A DNA stretch of 32,000 nt from Okeania sp. (GTDB lineage Bacteria > Cyanobacteriota > Cyanobacteriia > Cyanobacteriales > Microcoleaceae). Made by a program: the position numbers and the translations under genes. A model generated the notes under the pieces. It made no database searches. It worked only from the letters and a program-made list of their open reading frames with translations, and had not been told where the DNA came from. Positions 1 through 9,185 of the stretch are shown in pieces; position 1 is the first letter of the stretch; each line of letters begins with the position of its first letter. The stretch is from NCBI RefSeq assembly GCF_035285525.1, contig NZ_JAYKGW010000071.1, positions 26,386 through 58,385 of the forward strand, given 5' to 3'.

Positions 1-152
1 TCCAAGAACCTAATGGTGCTATTTGTGTCATAATTTTAGATTGATAGATAGAATAATGTTTACTATTTAATTTTGTTATTGTCAATTCCGAAATTCTGAA
101 TATTCTGTTTGATATTTTTAATATAAACTATAAAAAAAGATTGTAGTTAATT

Positions 153-573
153 AATGAATAATGAATCATTAAGTAGTAGGTTGGATTTCGTTCTGATACC
201 CAACAAAAATATTTCTCCCGTAAAGACGTTGCATGGGTACGGACGTTATCAAGGAAAAGCTTGAAACTTCTAGGAATTAATGATCAATTATCAATTGCTA
301 AAATGAATAATGAATAATTAAGTAGTAGGTTGGGTTGAGGAACGAAGCAAAGGCAAAAATCTTTCTCAAGACGTTCCATGGGTATGGACGTTATCAAGGA
401 AAAGCTTTAAACTTGTAGGAATTAATGATCAATTATCAATTGCTAAAATGAATAATGAATAATTAAGTAGTAGGTTGGGTTTCGTTCTGATACCCAACAA
501 AAATCTTTCTCAAGACGTTCCATGGGTATGGACGTTATCAAGGAGGAATTAAGGAATTAATTATCAATTACTA
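153..573. repeat. Tandem array, about 2.8 copies of a 145-149 bp unit, ending just upstream of the ORF at 588
   Basis: The anchor aatgaataatgaat occurs at 153, 302 and 447. Units share an aggttggg..cccaac hairpin (degenerate in copy 2), gacgttccatgggtatggacgttatcaagga and attaatgatcaattatcaattgctaaa. The third copy is shortened at its 3' end. Confidence 0.9.
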
Positions 574-587
574 AAAAGAGAAAAATT

Positions 588-1475
588 ATGTCAATTATCA
601 AATTAGTCGATGACCTACCCACAGATGGGATTACAGTTTCTGCATTACGCGCCTTAGATTTCGTAGTTCCCGGTGAATGGAATAATTTAGTAGGTTTTAA
701 AAAGACGGTTCGTGAAATTACTGGGGAATCAGAATCTGAAAAAATCCAACACATTAGCGAACGTGCTTTGTGGATATATAACGACCAATCTCAAGGATAT
801 CAGGATGCTATCTGGGTTTACCAAAGTCTAGACAAAGCTGATGTTGCTTTAGGTGCAGCAGCAATGGCAAATAAAGTTGGTGAAAAAATCTCTTTCTTGG
901 GTTTCTTCAATAAGTTGACTCCATCAGCAGATACAACTCAAGCATTAGATTTATCCATCAAAATAGTAGCAGAGTTAGTTGCTTTCTGTAAATTGAACGG
1001 AATGCCAACTATGGATAGTTTAGGGGATTTTTCCGCAGCGTTAGCAGAAGAATATAGTGGTCCAGCTTTAATGCGCATGGTTGCCTTAGTCTGTTTCGAT
1101 GGATTGATTCCCCTCGGACCTGATTTTCTCGATCGCGTCGGCGATATTATTGGGGGAATGAGTTCTGCTGGTTTGGCACGAAATCCATTATTTCAAAAGG
1201 TAAATGATTTGATTCCTGGTGATGGTACTCAGGGTAAACTTGATTTTATTGGTAATAGTTTTGATTCAGTTCGGGGGTGGATGAGCGATTTAGTTTCATC
1301 ACGAGGATTAGATCCTGAAATGATTACTAATAGTTTGCAAAATTTTGTAGATATTGCTGACGATAAGTTAGATTATTTAGCAGCATTTATTGATATGACG
1401 ACTAATTATTTTGAACATACTGGGATTCAAACTGTAGCTCGTCGTCTAATTTTGCAAGCAGCAGAAGAAGTTTAA
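588..1475 (+). CDS. Hypothetical protein, 295 aa, no family recognised
   Basis: Long uninterrupted ATG-initiated ORF followed by a palindromic terminator at 1549-1577. I can name no catalytic or binding motif. Confidence 0.6.
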   Translation: MSIIKLVDDLPTDGITVSALRALDFVVPGEWNNLVGFKKTVREITGESESEKIQHISERALWIYNDQSQGYQDAIWVYQSLDKADVALGAAAMANKVGEKISFLGFFNKLTPSADTTQALDLSIKIVAELVAFCKLNGMPTMDSLGDFSAALAEEYSGPALMRMVALVCFDGLIPLGPDFLDRVGDIIGGMSSAGLARNPLFQKVNDLIPGDGTQGKLDFIGNSFDSVRGWMSDLVSSRGLDPEMITNSLQNFVDIADDKLDYLAAFIDMTTNYFEHTGIQTVARRLILQAAEEV

Positions 1476-1548
1476 AGGAAATTATGAATTTAGGTTGGGT
1501 TGTGCTGGATATTTTCATGTTTGGGAGCAAAACTCAACCTAAAATATG

Positions 1549-1577
1549 AAGTTACGCGATCGCGTAACTTTTGTATT
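1549..1577 (+). terminator. Intrinsic-terminator-like hairpin built around a HIP1 site
   Basis: Perfect palindrome aagttacgcgatcgcgtaactt followed by ttgtatt, 74 bp downstream of the stop of ORF 588-1475. Confidence 0.6.
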
Positions 1578-1724
1578 CTAATGAGTCTATTAATTCGTCA
1601 CTTGATGGTAGGTCGAGTAATTGATTTTAGTTTACCATAATAATTTGATTGTGACATTTGAACTGTTTAATTTTAGCAAATGAATGATATAGTAGGAAAT
1701 AGCTAACTTAAAAACAAAAAAACT

Positions 1725-1826
1725 ATGATTACTATTAATTTAAAACCAGAAATTGAAGCTCAGATTCGAGAAAAAGCTAAATTATTAGACTTATCAATTG
1801 AACAATATATTGAAAATTTAATATAA
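1725..1826 (+). CDS. Possible 33-aa ORF (MITINLKPEIEAQIREKAKLLDLSIEQYIENLI), resembles N-termini of small antitoxin-like proteins
   Basis: ATG at 1725 and TAA at 1824-1826. The pattern INL.PE.EAQ.REKA recalls short cyanobacterial antitoxin-type proteins. The ORF is too short to judge. Confidence 0.3.
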   Translation: MITINLKPEIEAQIREKAKLLDLSIEQYIENLI

Positions 1827-1833
1827 ATAACAG

Positions 1834-2053
1834 GTAAGCATTCAGCCGTCAGCTATCAGCTATCAGAAGAGTGATTTTAATCTTTGATAAAAGCTTTATT
1901 AATTGAGCCAAAAAAATCTTACTAAAAAAGTCATTCCACTTGATATTAGAGTCTATATTCGTTGAAATAATCTCCTTAAAAACAGGATTTCTTTGCTGTT
2001 AACGAAGTTCCGACCCAGGAGACTGGCTGAGGTGCTAATAGCTGAATGCTTAC
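1834..2053. mobile_element. 220-bp MITE with perfect 13-bp terminal inverted repeats and an 8-bp target-site duplication
   Basis: Left end is gtaagcattcagc (1834-1846) and right end is gctgaatgcttac (2041-2053), its exact reverse complement. The element is flanked by identical aataacag at 1826-1833 and 2054-2061. It contains no ORF. Confidence 0.85.
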
Positions 2054-2186
2054 AATAACAGCTTTTAGATTTTATAGTAAATTGGTATGGGGGAAATTTC
2101 AGTAAAGTAAGCAAACATCAACCTAATTAGGAGTTTAATTTATGAATTATATTGACAAGACTACACAAATATATCGGACAAATGAA

Positions 2187-2592
2187 ATGACTAATCTTTA
2201 TGAAACTGATTTTGTGGAGTGGACTGTTCAACAAGTTCAAGCATTAAATAATCGTAATCTAAAAGCACTTGATTGGAATAATTTAAAGGAGGAAATAGAA
2301 GACTTGGGAAAAGAACAAATTCATGCTGTTAGTAGTTTTATCAAAAGGTTAATTGAATACAAACTTAAACTAGACTATTCCTCCGATATTTATCCTCGCA
2401 ACCACTGGTAAATTGAAGTTAATAATTTTCAAGATGAAATTGAGAGAAGACTAACTAAAACTTTGTTAAATAAGGTGGATATAAATAAAGAATATGAAAG
2501 AGCTAAAAGATTAGTTTTCAGTGAATCTAAAATTAGACCTTCCTGATAAATGTCCTTATAGTTTTGCTGATTTAATGGAAAGATTACTATAA
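2187..2592 (+). pseudogene. DUF29-family gene disrupted by an in-frame stop and a frameshift
   Basis: MTNLYETDFVEWTVQQVQALNNRNLKALDWNNLKEEIEDLGKEQ is a typical DUF29 N-terminus. TAA at 2409-2411 interrupts ..PRNHW*IEVNNFQDEIERRL... The typical C-terminal end LPDKCPYSFADLMERLL* is readable only in another frame (to 2592). Confidence 0.65.
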
Positions 2593-2604
2593 AATTGACC
2601 CAAA

Positions 2605-2797
2605 TTTCTACAAACTTCGATTCTGTGCATAATTTATATTTTTTGGGTTAGTTCATTTTTTTTGTCTGAGGTACGACATAATATTTACCTGATTTTCAAA
2701 GTTTTCTGCAAACTGCCATTCTGTGCATAATTTATATGTTTGGATTAGTTCATTTGTTTGTCCGAGATATGACATAATATTTACCTGATTTTCAAGG
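2605..2797. repeat. Two tandem copies of a ~97-bp unit
   Basis: ttctgtgcataatttatat..gttagttcattt..gacataatatttacctgattttcaa occurs twice (units start near 2605 and 2702). Confidence 0.85.
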
Positions 2798-3011
2798 CTT
2801 TCAATTTGAATTAATTATGCAAGATTTATGAATAATTTATGCAGGCTAACCCAGAAACCTGGTTTCTGATGGATGTTTATTCTTGAAAACAATCATTTCT
2901 CCTATAAACCGGGTTTTTTTGTCTAATTATTGTTATTATAAAAATTGTTAAAACTAATTTCTGATTGCTATAATAAAAAAATTTAATAAATAACTACACA
3001 GGAGTTATGCA

Positions 3012-3185
3012 AAGTAACTAAGAAACCGGGTTTATTGCCACGATATTGTTGTTCAAACCAAGATATTTCATCAACCCGATTTCTGCGTAAGTTCTACTAA
3101 AAGTAACTAAGAAACCGGGTTTATTGCCACGATATTGTTGTTCAAACCAAGATATTTCATAAACCCGGTTTCTGTGTAAGTCCTA
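3012..3185. repeat. Two tandem 85-89-bp hairpin elements (aagaaaccgggtttattgcc..aaacccggtttctg.gtaagtcc family)
   Basis: Copies at 3012-3096 and 3101-3185 are nearly identical. Each has an inverted repeat agaaaccgggttt / aaacccggtttct. Related copies lie at 9801-9895 and 19351-19430. Confidence 0.9.
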
Positions 3186-3218
3186 TTAGATTAATGTTAG
3201 TTAGATAAGGGTGTATGG

Positions 3219-4046
3219 ATGGAAAAAAGCGACTTAACGCTGGAAGATTTACAGAATGCTAATAATTTAGAGGGAATAGGAAATGTTTTTCGGAAACTTG
3301 GCTACAACACAACTGTAGAACTACTTAAGTCTAGAAGAGTTGGAGTTACCAACTAAAAGTTTTGAAGCTGTGATAGATGCTTATATTATTGCAGATATAG
3401 GTAGTGGAAATTTACAAATATTGTTATTTCAGTTAACAGCTCAAGAGTTGAGTTCTGAGAATACAGCTAAGAGTAAAATGAAGGCGATCGCTGAAAGTTT
3501 ATGTCAACGTCCTTCTAAATTTTTATGACTGGCAACTAAAGATTATCAACAACTTTTATTAGGCAGTCCTCAGCAAACTTTAGATGATAATTAGAAGCTA
3601 AAAGTTAATATCAAGTTTTGTTATATAGACTTTACTAATCCTAATTTTCAGCAACTAAAGACATTCAAAAAAATTGCACTTTTTCACCAAGAAACGAAAA
3701 CTCTTCATCAAAATCAGTACCAAGCTTTAGATGATATTAAGCTTTTTCAACCAACAGGTAAAAATAATAAAAAGGAAGTCGTGAAAGAATTAGGCAAATT
3801 CAGGCAAAAGCTCTGAGGAAACTGATCTATAAAAATTTTGAAAGCTTTTTTGTAAATTATCTTTGCTCTAAAGAAGTTAATATTAATCCGGAAAAACATT
3901 TGATATTTGAACATCTTTATCTTCAAGCTATTAAAAAAAGTGTTAATTTTAATGTTCAACCTGTACCCAATAATAATCTTGAAAAAATCAACTCAAAAAG
4001 AGGTTTAGATGATACTATTTTTAATGTTTTAGAAAGAGCAGTATAG
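3219..4046 (+). pseudogene. Decayed paralogue of the N-terminal domain of the sigma factor at 19984, joined to a sigma region 4.2 remnant
   Basis: MEKSDLTLEDLQNANNLEGIGNVFRKLGY, LSLEELELPTKSFEAVIDAYIIA, NLQILLFQL, SKFL*LATKDYQQLLLG and IKFCYIDFTNPNF parallel residues 7-150 of ORF 19984. Disruptions: a frameshift near 3313-3320, in-frame TGA at 3526-3528 and TAG at 3592-3594. SRERIRQIQAKALRKLI (3777-3827) matches sigma-70 region 4.2. Regions 1.2 to 4.1 are absent. Confidence 0.6.
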
Positions 4047-4722
4047 AATTTACTTAAAGATTTTAAACGGCAGCAAACTAGCAGTAAATTTAGACCTAAA
4101 CTAAATAAATTATAGCAGAAAATTTACTTGTTTTTGGAACAGCAAACTAAGGATGTATTAGACTTAGAATATCGAGAGACTATCGAACGGGTTCTGGAAG
4201 TAATTGCTACAGAAAATCTGCGGAGTATTGAAAGAGAAATTAAGCAAATATGGCAGCAATATATTGATATTAATAGTTTCGTCTCTGACTTACATGAAAT
4301 TTTTGTTGATGCAGAACTTTATTATCAACTTGAAGAGGAGAAAAAATCAAACCCATTAGACATGATAAAAGCTGAAGATATTCAATGAATTTGTTATCAG
4401 TTGTTTAAACCTTTTCACGGAATTAAAAAGCAAGATTTTATCACCTCCAAACTTTAACCCTATATTCAGCAATTAATAATTAATAATTACCCCTTCTTTA
4501 AAGAAGGGGATTGACTAATCATGAAGATTTATCCCCAATCCTTGGGTAGGCTTCCATGTGTGAATTCTTGAATGAATAATTATTGACTATCAACTCTTAA
4601 TTATTAATTATTAACTATTAGACATCTCCAAAAATAAAAAATTAAATCAATTATCGGACAGAAATCATCTATTCTTTTCCCCTACTCCCTACTCCCTCTT
4701 TTCTGAAGAAACCGGGTTTCTA

Positions 4723-5008
4723 GGGTGTGTCATCAATTAGATGTTAGAAGCTTGATCAACAAAAGTAGTGGACTGACAAAGCTCAAACTGTTCATTACAT
4801 CATTGGGGGGGTGGGTTTATCTAACTCACTTTGAAAATTGTTCATTGCACGGACGTTGCATGCAACGTCCCTACAGAGGAACCCGCCCCTACCGACCGCA
4901 CAATTTCAGGTATGCGCTCGCTGTATCTGAACCTACCCAACTGCGATCGCCATTTTTACATAACAGAGAATAGCTTTTTTGTCAACTTATTTAATTGATG
5001 ACACGCCC
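4723..5008. mobile_element. 286-bp MITE with 17-bp terminal inverted repeats and flanking TA dinucleotides
   Basis: gggtgtgtcatcaatta (4723-4739) against taattgatgacacgccc (4992-5008) matches 16/17 as an inverted repeat. TA lies at 4721-4722 and 5009-5010. The interior carries the common ggacgttgcatgcaacgtcc palindrome. Confidence 0.75.
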
Positions 5009-5149
5009 TAAGATAAATCGTTATTTTTATAACAGATATCTAGAAAAAAACCGGTTTCTGGGTTTGTCTGCGTAAGTCCAGTTAATGTCACAAAGATTTA
5101 TCACGGTTAGCATTAGTTCGCCAAATCTATTGTAAAATCACGGAATTAG

Positions 5150-6151
<1,002 letters not shown>

Positions 6152-6184
6152 TTAGTTTTTTTGAGAATACTCTCACATAGATAG

Positions 6185-6727
6185 CACTTACCCATCAACC
6201 CTATTAAATGGTGCAATAGGAAATGGGGTGATGGGTTGATGGGGTTATGGGGTTATGAAAAAAGCTAATGTAGCTATTGGTAGGGTGCGTTAGCGCTAGC
6301 GTAACGCACCAATACTATATATATAGTGCCTTGGCGTAAGTCCTGTTCATTATTCATTAATTTCCCACCCGCCCCTATGATATAACCAACCGTCCTAGAG
6401 GGCGGGTTTCTATAAATCTTGGAGTCACCATCAAAATTCTGGCTCAAACCCGCCCCTACTAATGTACTATTTTATTTAGGTGAAACAATCCAGTAGTAAA
6501 CCGTTTCATCTAAAATGGTGCCATAGGAAATGGGGTTATGGGGTTATGAAAAAAGCTAATGTAGTATTTTAGATGAAACAATCCAGTAGGCTGTGTTTTC
6601 GGCGCTTGAGCCGACATGTTTGCGTAGCAGTCCCTATACGATAACGCTACGCGACATCAATGCCCTTCCATGACCTGAGTCTCCTAACGCACCAAGACTC
6701 TATATATAGTGGGTTTGTAAGTCCTAA
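6185..6727. repeat. Mosaic of dispersed short repeats and hairpins
   Basis: ggtgcaataggaaatggggt(t/g)atgg..ggggttatgaaaaaagctaatgtag occurs twice (6219-6273 and 6516-6563). It also holds a gggcgggttt..aaacccgcccc hairpin, ggtgcgttagcgctagcgtaacgcacc, and acgcaccaa.act.tatatatagtg followed within about 15 nt by gtaagtcct (twice). Relatives lie at 11540-11620, 14842-15000 and 31030-31080. Confidence 0.8.
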
Positions 6728-6765
6728 TATAATCTGGCTCTAAACAATCATCTCTATCAACAATA

Positions 6766-6799
6766 GGAAGCAATCTCAGAGTTTTAGGAGATTGTTTCC
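6766..6799 (-). terminator. Hairpin just downstream of trpA, possible terminator
   Basis: ggaagcaatctc / gagattgtttcc gives a 12-bp stem (one G-T) with a 10-nt loop, 14 bp after the trpA stop. The T-run lies on the upstream side for the minus strand, so function is uncertain. Confidence 0.35.
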
Positions 6800-6812
6800 T
6801 TGTAAAAAAAAG

Positions 6813-7616
6813 TTAACTAATAGCTGCCTTCAAACTCCGACAAAATTCCCCAATCGCTTCCAACCCTTCATCCGGATTTCCCTGAGCTAACCTCTTTACC
6901 ACCGCACTACCAACAATAACCCCATCACTACCCCAATTTTTTACCTGCAAAGCGTGTTCCGGTTGAGAAATACCAAAACCTACACCAATGGGTTTATCAG
7001 TCACTGCCCGCATTTGTGCTAATAAATTTTCTACCCCCGTTTGTACTTGAGTACGCATTCCCGTCACCCCAGTCACACTCACTAAATATATAAATCCTTG
7101 AGACTGACGAGCGATCGCTTCTATTCTCTCCTTTGGGCTAGTGGGAGCTACTAATAAAGTCAATTCTATGCCAATATCTTTGGCTGGTTTCAATAAAATA
7201 TCCGCCTCTTCTAAAGGCAAGTCTGGTACCACCAAACCCCTAGCACCCACATCATAAATTTTTTTCAGAAAATTCTCTACCCCTCGGTATAAAATCGGGT
7301 TGTAATAAGTAAATAAAATTATCGGCGATCGCAACTTCGGACTAACTGTCTGGACTACCTCCAATACGGACTCCAAAGTAGTCCCCCGACTCAAAGAACG
7401 AGTTGCAGCAGCCTGAATTACTGGGCCATCAGCCAGAGGGTCAGAATAAGGTACGCCCAACTCTATCAAGTCAGCTCCACTATTATCTAACACCTCCAAA
7501 GCCTTGGCCGTAGTTTCCAAATCTGGGTCTCCTGCCGTAATGAAGGGAATTAAAGCACACTGGGGACTATTTTTTGAATTTCGTAGAGATTCAAAACAAT
7601 GAGAAACTGAAATCAT
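6813..7616 (-). CDS. trpA: Tryptophan synthase alpha subunit
   Basis: [46 protein letters not shown] and GFGIS motifs over the full length. Confidence 0.95.
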   Translation of the reverse strand: MISVSHCFESLRNSKNSPQCALIPFITAGDPDLETTAKALEVLDNSGADLIELGVPYSDPLADGPVIQAAATRSLSRGTTLESVLEVVQTVSPKLRSPIILFTYYNPILYRGVENFLKKIYDVGARGLVVPDLPLEEADILLKPAKDIGIELTLLVAPTSPKERIEAIARQSQGFIYLVSVTGVTGMRTQVQTGVENLLAQMRAVTDKPIGVGFGISQPEHALQVKNWGSDGVIVGSAVVKRLAQGNPDEGLEAIGEFCRSLKAAIS

Positions 7617-7677
7617 ATTTATATAGATAATTTAAGTAGTAAATTAATTTCCTAGTTGAGAGAGGGAAAAGGGAATA

Positions 7678-7774
7678 GGGAACAGGGAACAGACAGAAAG
7701 AAAAAATTGATAATTTATTAGACAGGAAACAGGTATGGAGGGAACAGGGAACAGACAGAAAGAATTGATAATTT
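7678..7774. repeat. Direct repeat gggaacagggaacagacagaaagaa..ttgataattt, two copies
   Basis: Copies at 7678-7716 and 7740-7774 contain the heptamer gggaaca. Confidence 0.85.
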
Positions 7775-7835
7775 CTTCATTAAATTGGAGATGTCTGATA
7801 GTAATGTGTAATTAATTTTATATAAACACTTATTC

Positions 7836-8153
7836 TTATTTGTCTGTCCGATCGGCCTTTTCCTGTTCAATTTCAGCCTGCAACTGAGCCAACTCCTCTG
7901 GAGTCATCTCTGCCAAACGCTTTTGCAGCACTGCCTCTTCATAATCATTCAACTGCTGGTTATAGGTCATATTGCTACTCATAACCCTAAATAGATAGGT
8001 CAGTAGCCAGACAACTAAGCCACCGACCAAAACTGCTTGTGTCCAAATACCAGCATCTGTACCGTCTATTCCTACTACTTGTAATACTAAGTAAATAAGA
8101 CCACCAGCAGCAAAAACACCGATAGTTATTCCAATGGCATCAATTCGTCGCAT
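7836..8153 (-). CDS. DUF3007-family small membrane protein
   Basis: Two predicted TM helices followed by a charged tail (YEEAVLQKRLAEMTPEELAQLQAEIEQE). Its ATG overlaps the ndhL stop (TAATG on the minus strand at 8151-8155). Confidence 0.75.
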   Translation of the reverse strand: MRRIDAIGITIGVFAAGGLIYLVLQVVGIDGTDAGIWTQAVLVGGLVVWLLTYLFRVMSSNMTYNQQLNDYEEAVLQKRLAEMTPEELAQLQAEIEQEKADRTDK

Positions 8154-8389
8154 TAACCTTCAATCTGTCGCTTTCTAGGGCGAAAATTTAAAAATGGGGA
8201 CAAAACCAACATACCAGGGAAGAAGAAGAACATCAAGAAGTACATAAAGACCCGTTCAATGGAGCTAGCAACATACCAACGGATATTGAGATAAGCATAA
8301 ACTATGGCTGGCATTACTAGAAGGTAGGCTCCGGCCAGAGCTGCATAAATAATTAAGATTATTAGGTTCGTGTCCAAGTCCAAGTTCAT
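8153..8389 (-). CDS. ndhL: NAD(P)H-quinone oxidoreductase (NDH-1) subunit L
   Basis: [39 protein letters not shown] matches the conserved NdhL core as I recall it. The ndhL, DUF3007, trpA order is typical of cyanobacteria. Confidence 0.85.
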   Translation of the reverse strand: MNLDLDTNLIILIIYAALAGAYLLVMPAIVYAYLNIRWYVASSIERVFMYFLMFFFFPGMLVLSPFLNFRPRKRQIEG

Positions 8390-8594
8390 AAACTAAAGAT
8401 GGAGAATTTACAATAATTAATTGTATTTTGTTTGATACATTATTGTCTTAGCGAATGTTTTTCTAGTCAAGCTCTAAATTATTCCATATTTTTTCTGTCC
8501 AGGAGAAAGGTACTAATGTCCTTGTTTAAAGTCCTTAACAATTTTTTTATATTAATTTCTGGAAAATACTTGCTAAAATAACGTTGTGCTTTAA

Positions 8595-8862
8595 CTTCCC
8601 TGGCGGGAAGTCCTGCGCTCTCACGCAGGGGAGCGTCGGGATGAAAGCCAGGGCCAGGATTCGGATACCTTCATAAGCTAAATGTTCATAACCCCTTGAC
8701 AAGCTAGAAGGATTTTGTTATTGTAAAGTTTAACACAGGGGGAGGACATCACCTCTGTCTAAACAGCGGTCAGGGTTTCCCAGACTGAAGAGTCCCGCGT
8801 CGTCCCGTAAGGGCAACGTCGGGAGTATGTCAATAAAAGAATGAGCTTTTTTAGCTCATTTA
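8595..8862 (+). ncRNA. Candidate structured non-coding RNA (family not recognised)
   Basis: Locally GC-rich in an AT-rich spacer and contains no ORF of 60 aa or more. Hairpins: cttccc-tggc-gggaag (8595-8610), cctgcg-ctctca-cgcagg (8612-8629), ggtc-a-ggg-ttt-ccc-a-gact (8768-8786), and a long stem capped by a GUAA tetraloop (8793-8824). A terminal hairpin aatgagct-ttttt-agctcatt lies at 8839-8862. Confidence 0.35.
8696..8724 (+). promoter_or_regulatory. Sigma-70-like promoter candidate inside the GC-rich segment
   Basis: TTGACA (8696-8701), a 17-nt spacer, then TATTGT (8719-8724). It would start a ~125-nt transcript ending at the 8839-8862 hairpin. Confidence 0.3.
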
Positions 8863-8878
8863 ATTATCTCAAATATAT

Positions 8879-8963
8879 GGGGGTGTGGCGGAATGGTAGA
8901 CGCTACGGACTTAAAATCCGTTGACCCTAAACGGTCGTGTGGGTTCAAGTCCCACCACCCCCA
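8879..8963 (+). tRNA. trnL: tRNA-Leu, anticodon UAA, type II with long variable arm, no intron, CCA not encoded
   Basis: Acceptor gggggtg / caccccc, anticodon arm acgga-cttaaaa-tccgt, variable arm gacc..ggtc, T arm gtggg-ttcaagt-cccac. Confidence 0.93.
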
Positions 8964-9075
8964 TTTTAAAACCTTTATATAGGTTAGTTGCCAGAAAATG
9001 GGACAAATACAAGAATCAAGTAAAAGTGCAAAAAATGGAGAAAAAGTTGCTTTTTCTTGCTCTTTCAAATGATTT

Positions 9076-9185
9076 TAGGACTAAAGCTATAGGAATAGGA
9101 ACTCAGAAACCCGGTTTCTTTTAGACATTGACAGTTGAAAACAACGATTTGCGGTAGAAACCGGGTTTCTTTGAATAAGTCCTAA
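9076..9185. mobile_element. ~110-bp MITE-like hairpin element (taggact..agaaacccggtttct..agaaaccgggtttc..aagtccta family)
   Basis: Termini are taggact / agtccta with an internal inverted repeat. A closely similar copy in the same orientation lies at 19636-19739, and degenerate relatives at 2850-2922 and 17531-17620. Confidence 0.8.

Noticed and set aside
4128-4388. 86-aa ORF (TTG start) downstream of the sigma pseudogene
   Set aside because: It has no ATG start, no recognisable family and sits in the decay zone. It may be another fragment of the degraded gene, so it is not reported as a gene.
4725-4973. 82-aa ORF
   Set aside because: It lies entirely inside the MITE at 4723-5008 and reads through the dispersed palindromic repeat ggacgttgcatgcaacgtcc. 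It has a GTG start and its composition is unlike neighbouring genes.
8595-8824. Assignment of the GC-rich segment to a known RNA family (guanidine-I/ykkC, SRP RNA, 6S RNA, RNase P RNA, tmRNA, glutamine riboswitch, group II intron domain V)
   Set aside because: Partial resemblances (cgggatgaaagcc to the ykkC 3' part, ggtcagg to SRP) are not accompanied by the other conserved blocks in the right order on either strand. The length does not fit RNase P, tmRNA or 6S. The family is left unclassified.
8879-8963. Group I intron in tRNA-Leu(UAA)
   Set aside because: The anticodon loop cttaaaa is uninterrupted, and the upstream GC-rich segment shows no similarity to the Anabaena-type intron core as I recall it.
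8856-9124. ORFs 8856-9068 (-) and 8921-9124 (+)
   Set aside because: Both overlap the tRNA-Leu gene and the MITE at 9076-9185, so they are artefacts of open frames in non-coding sequence.
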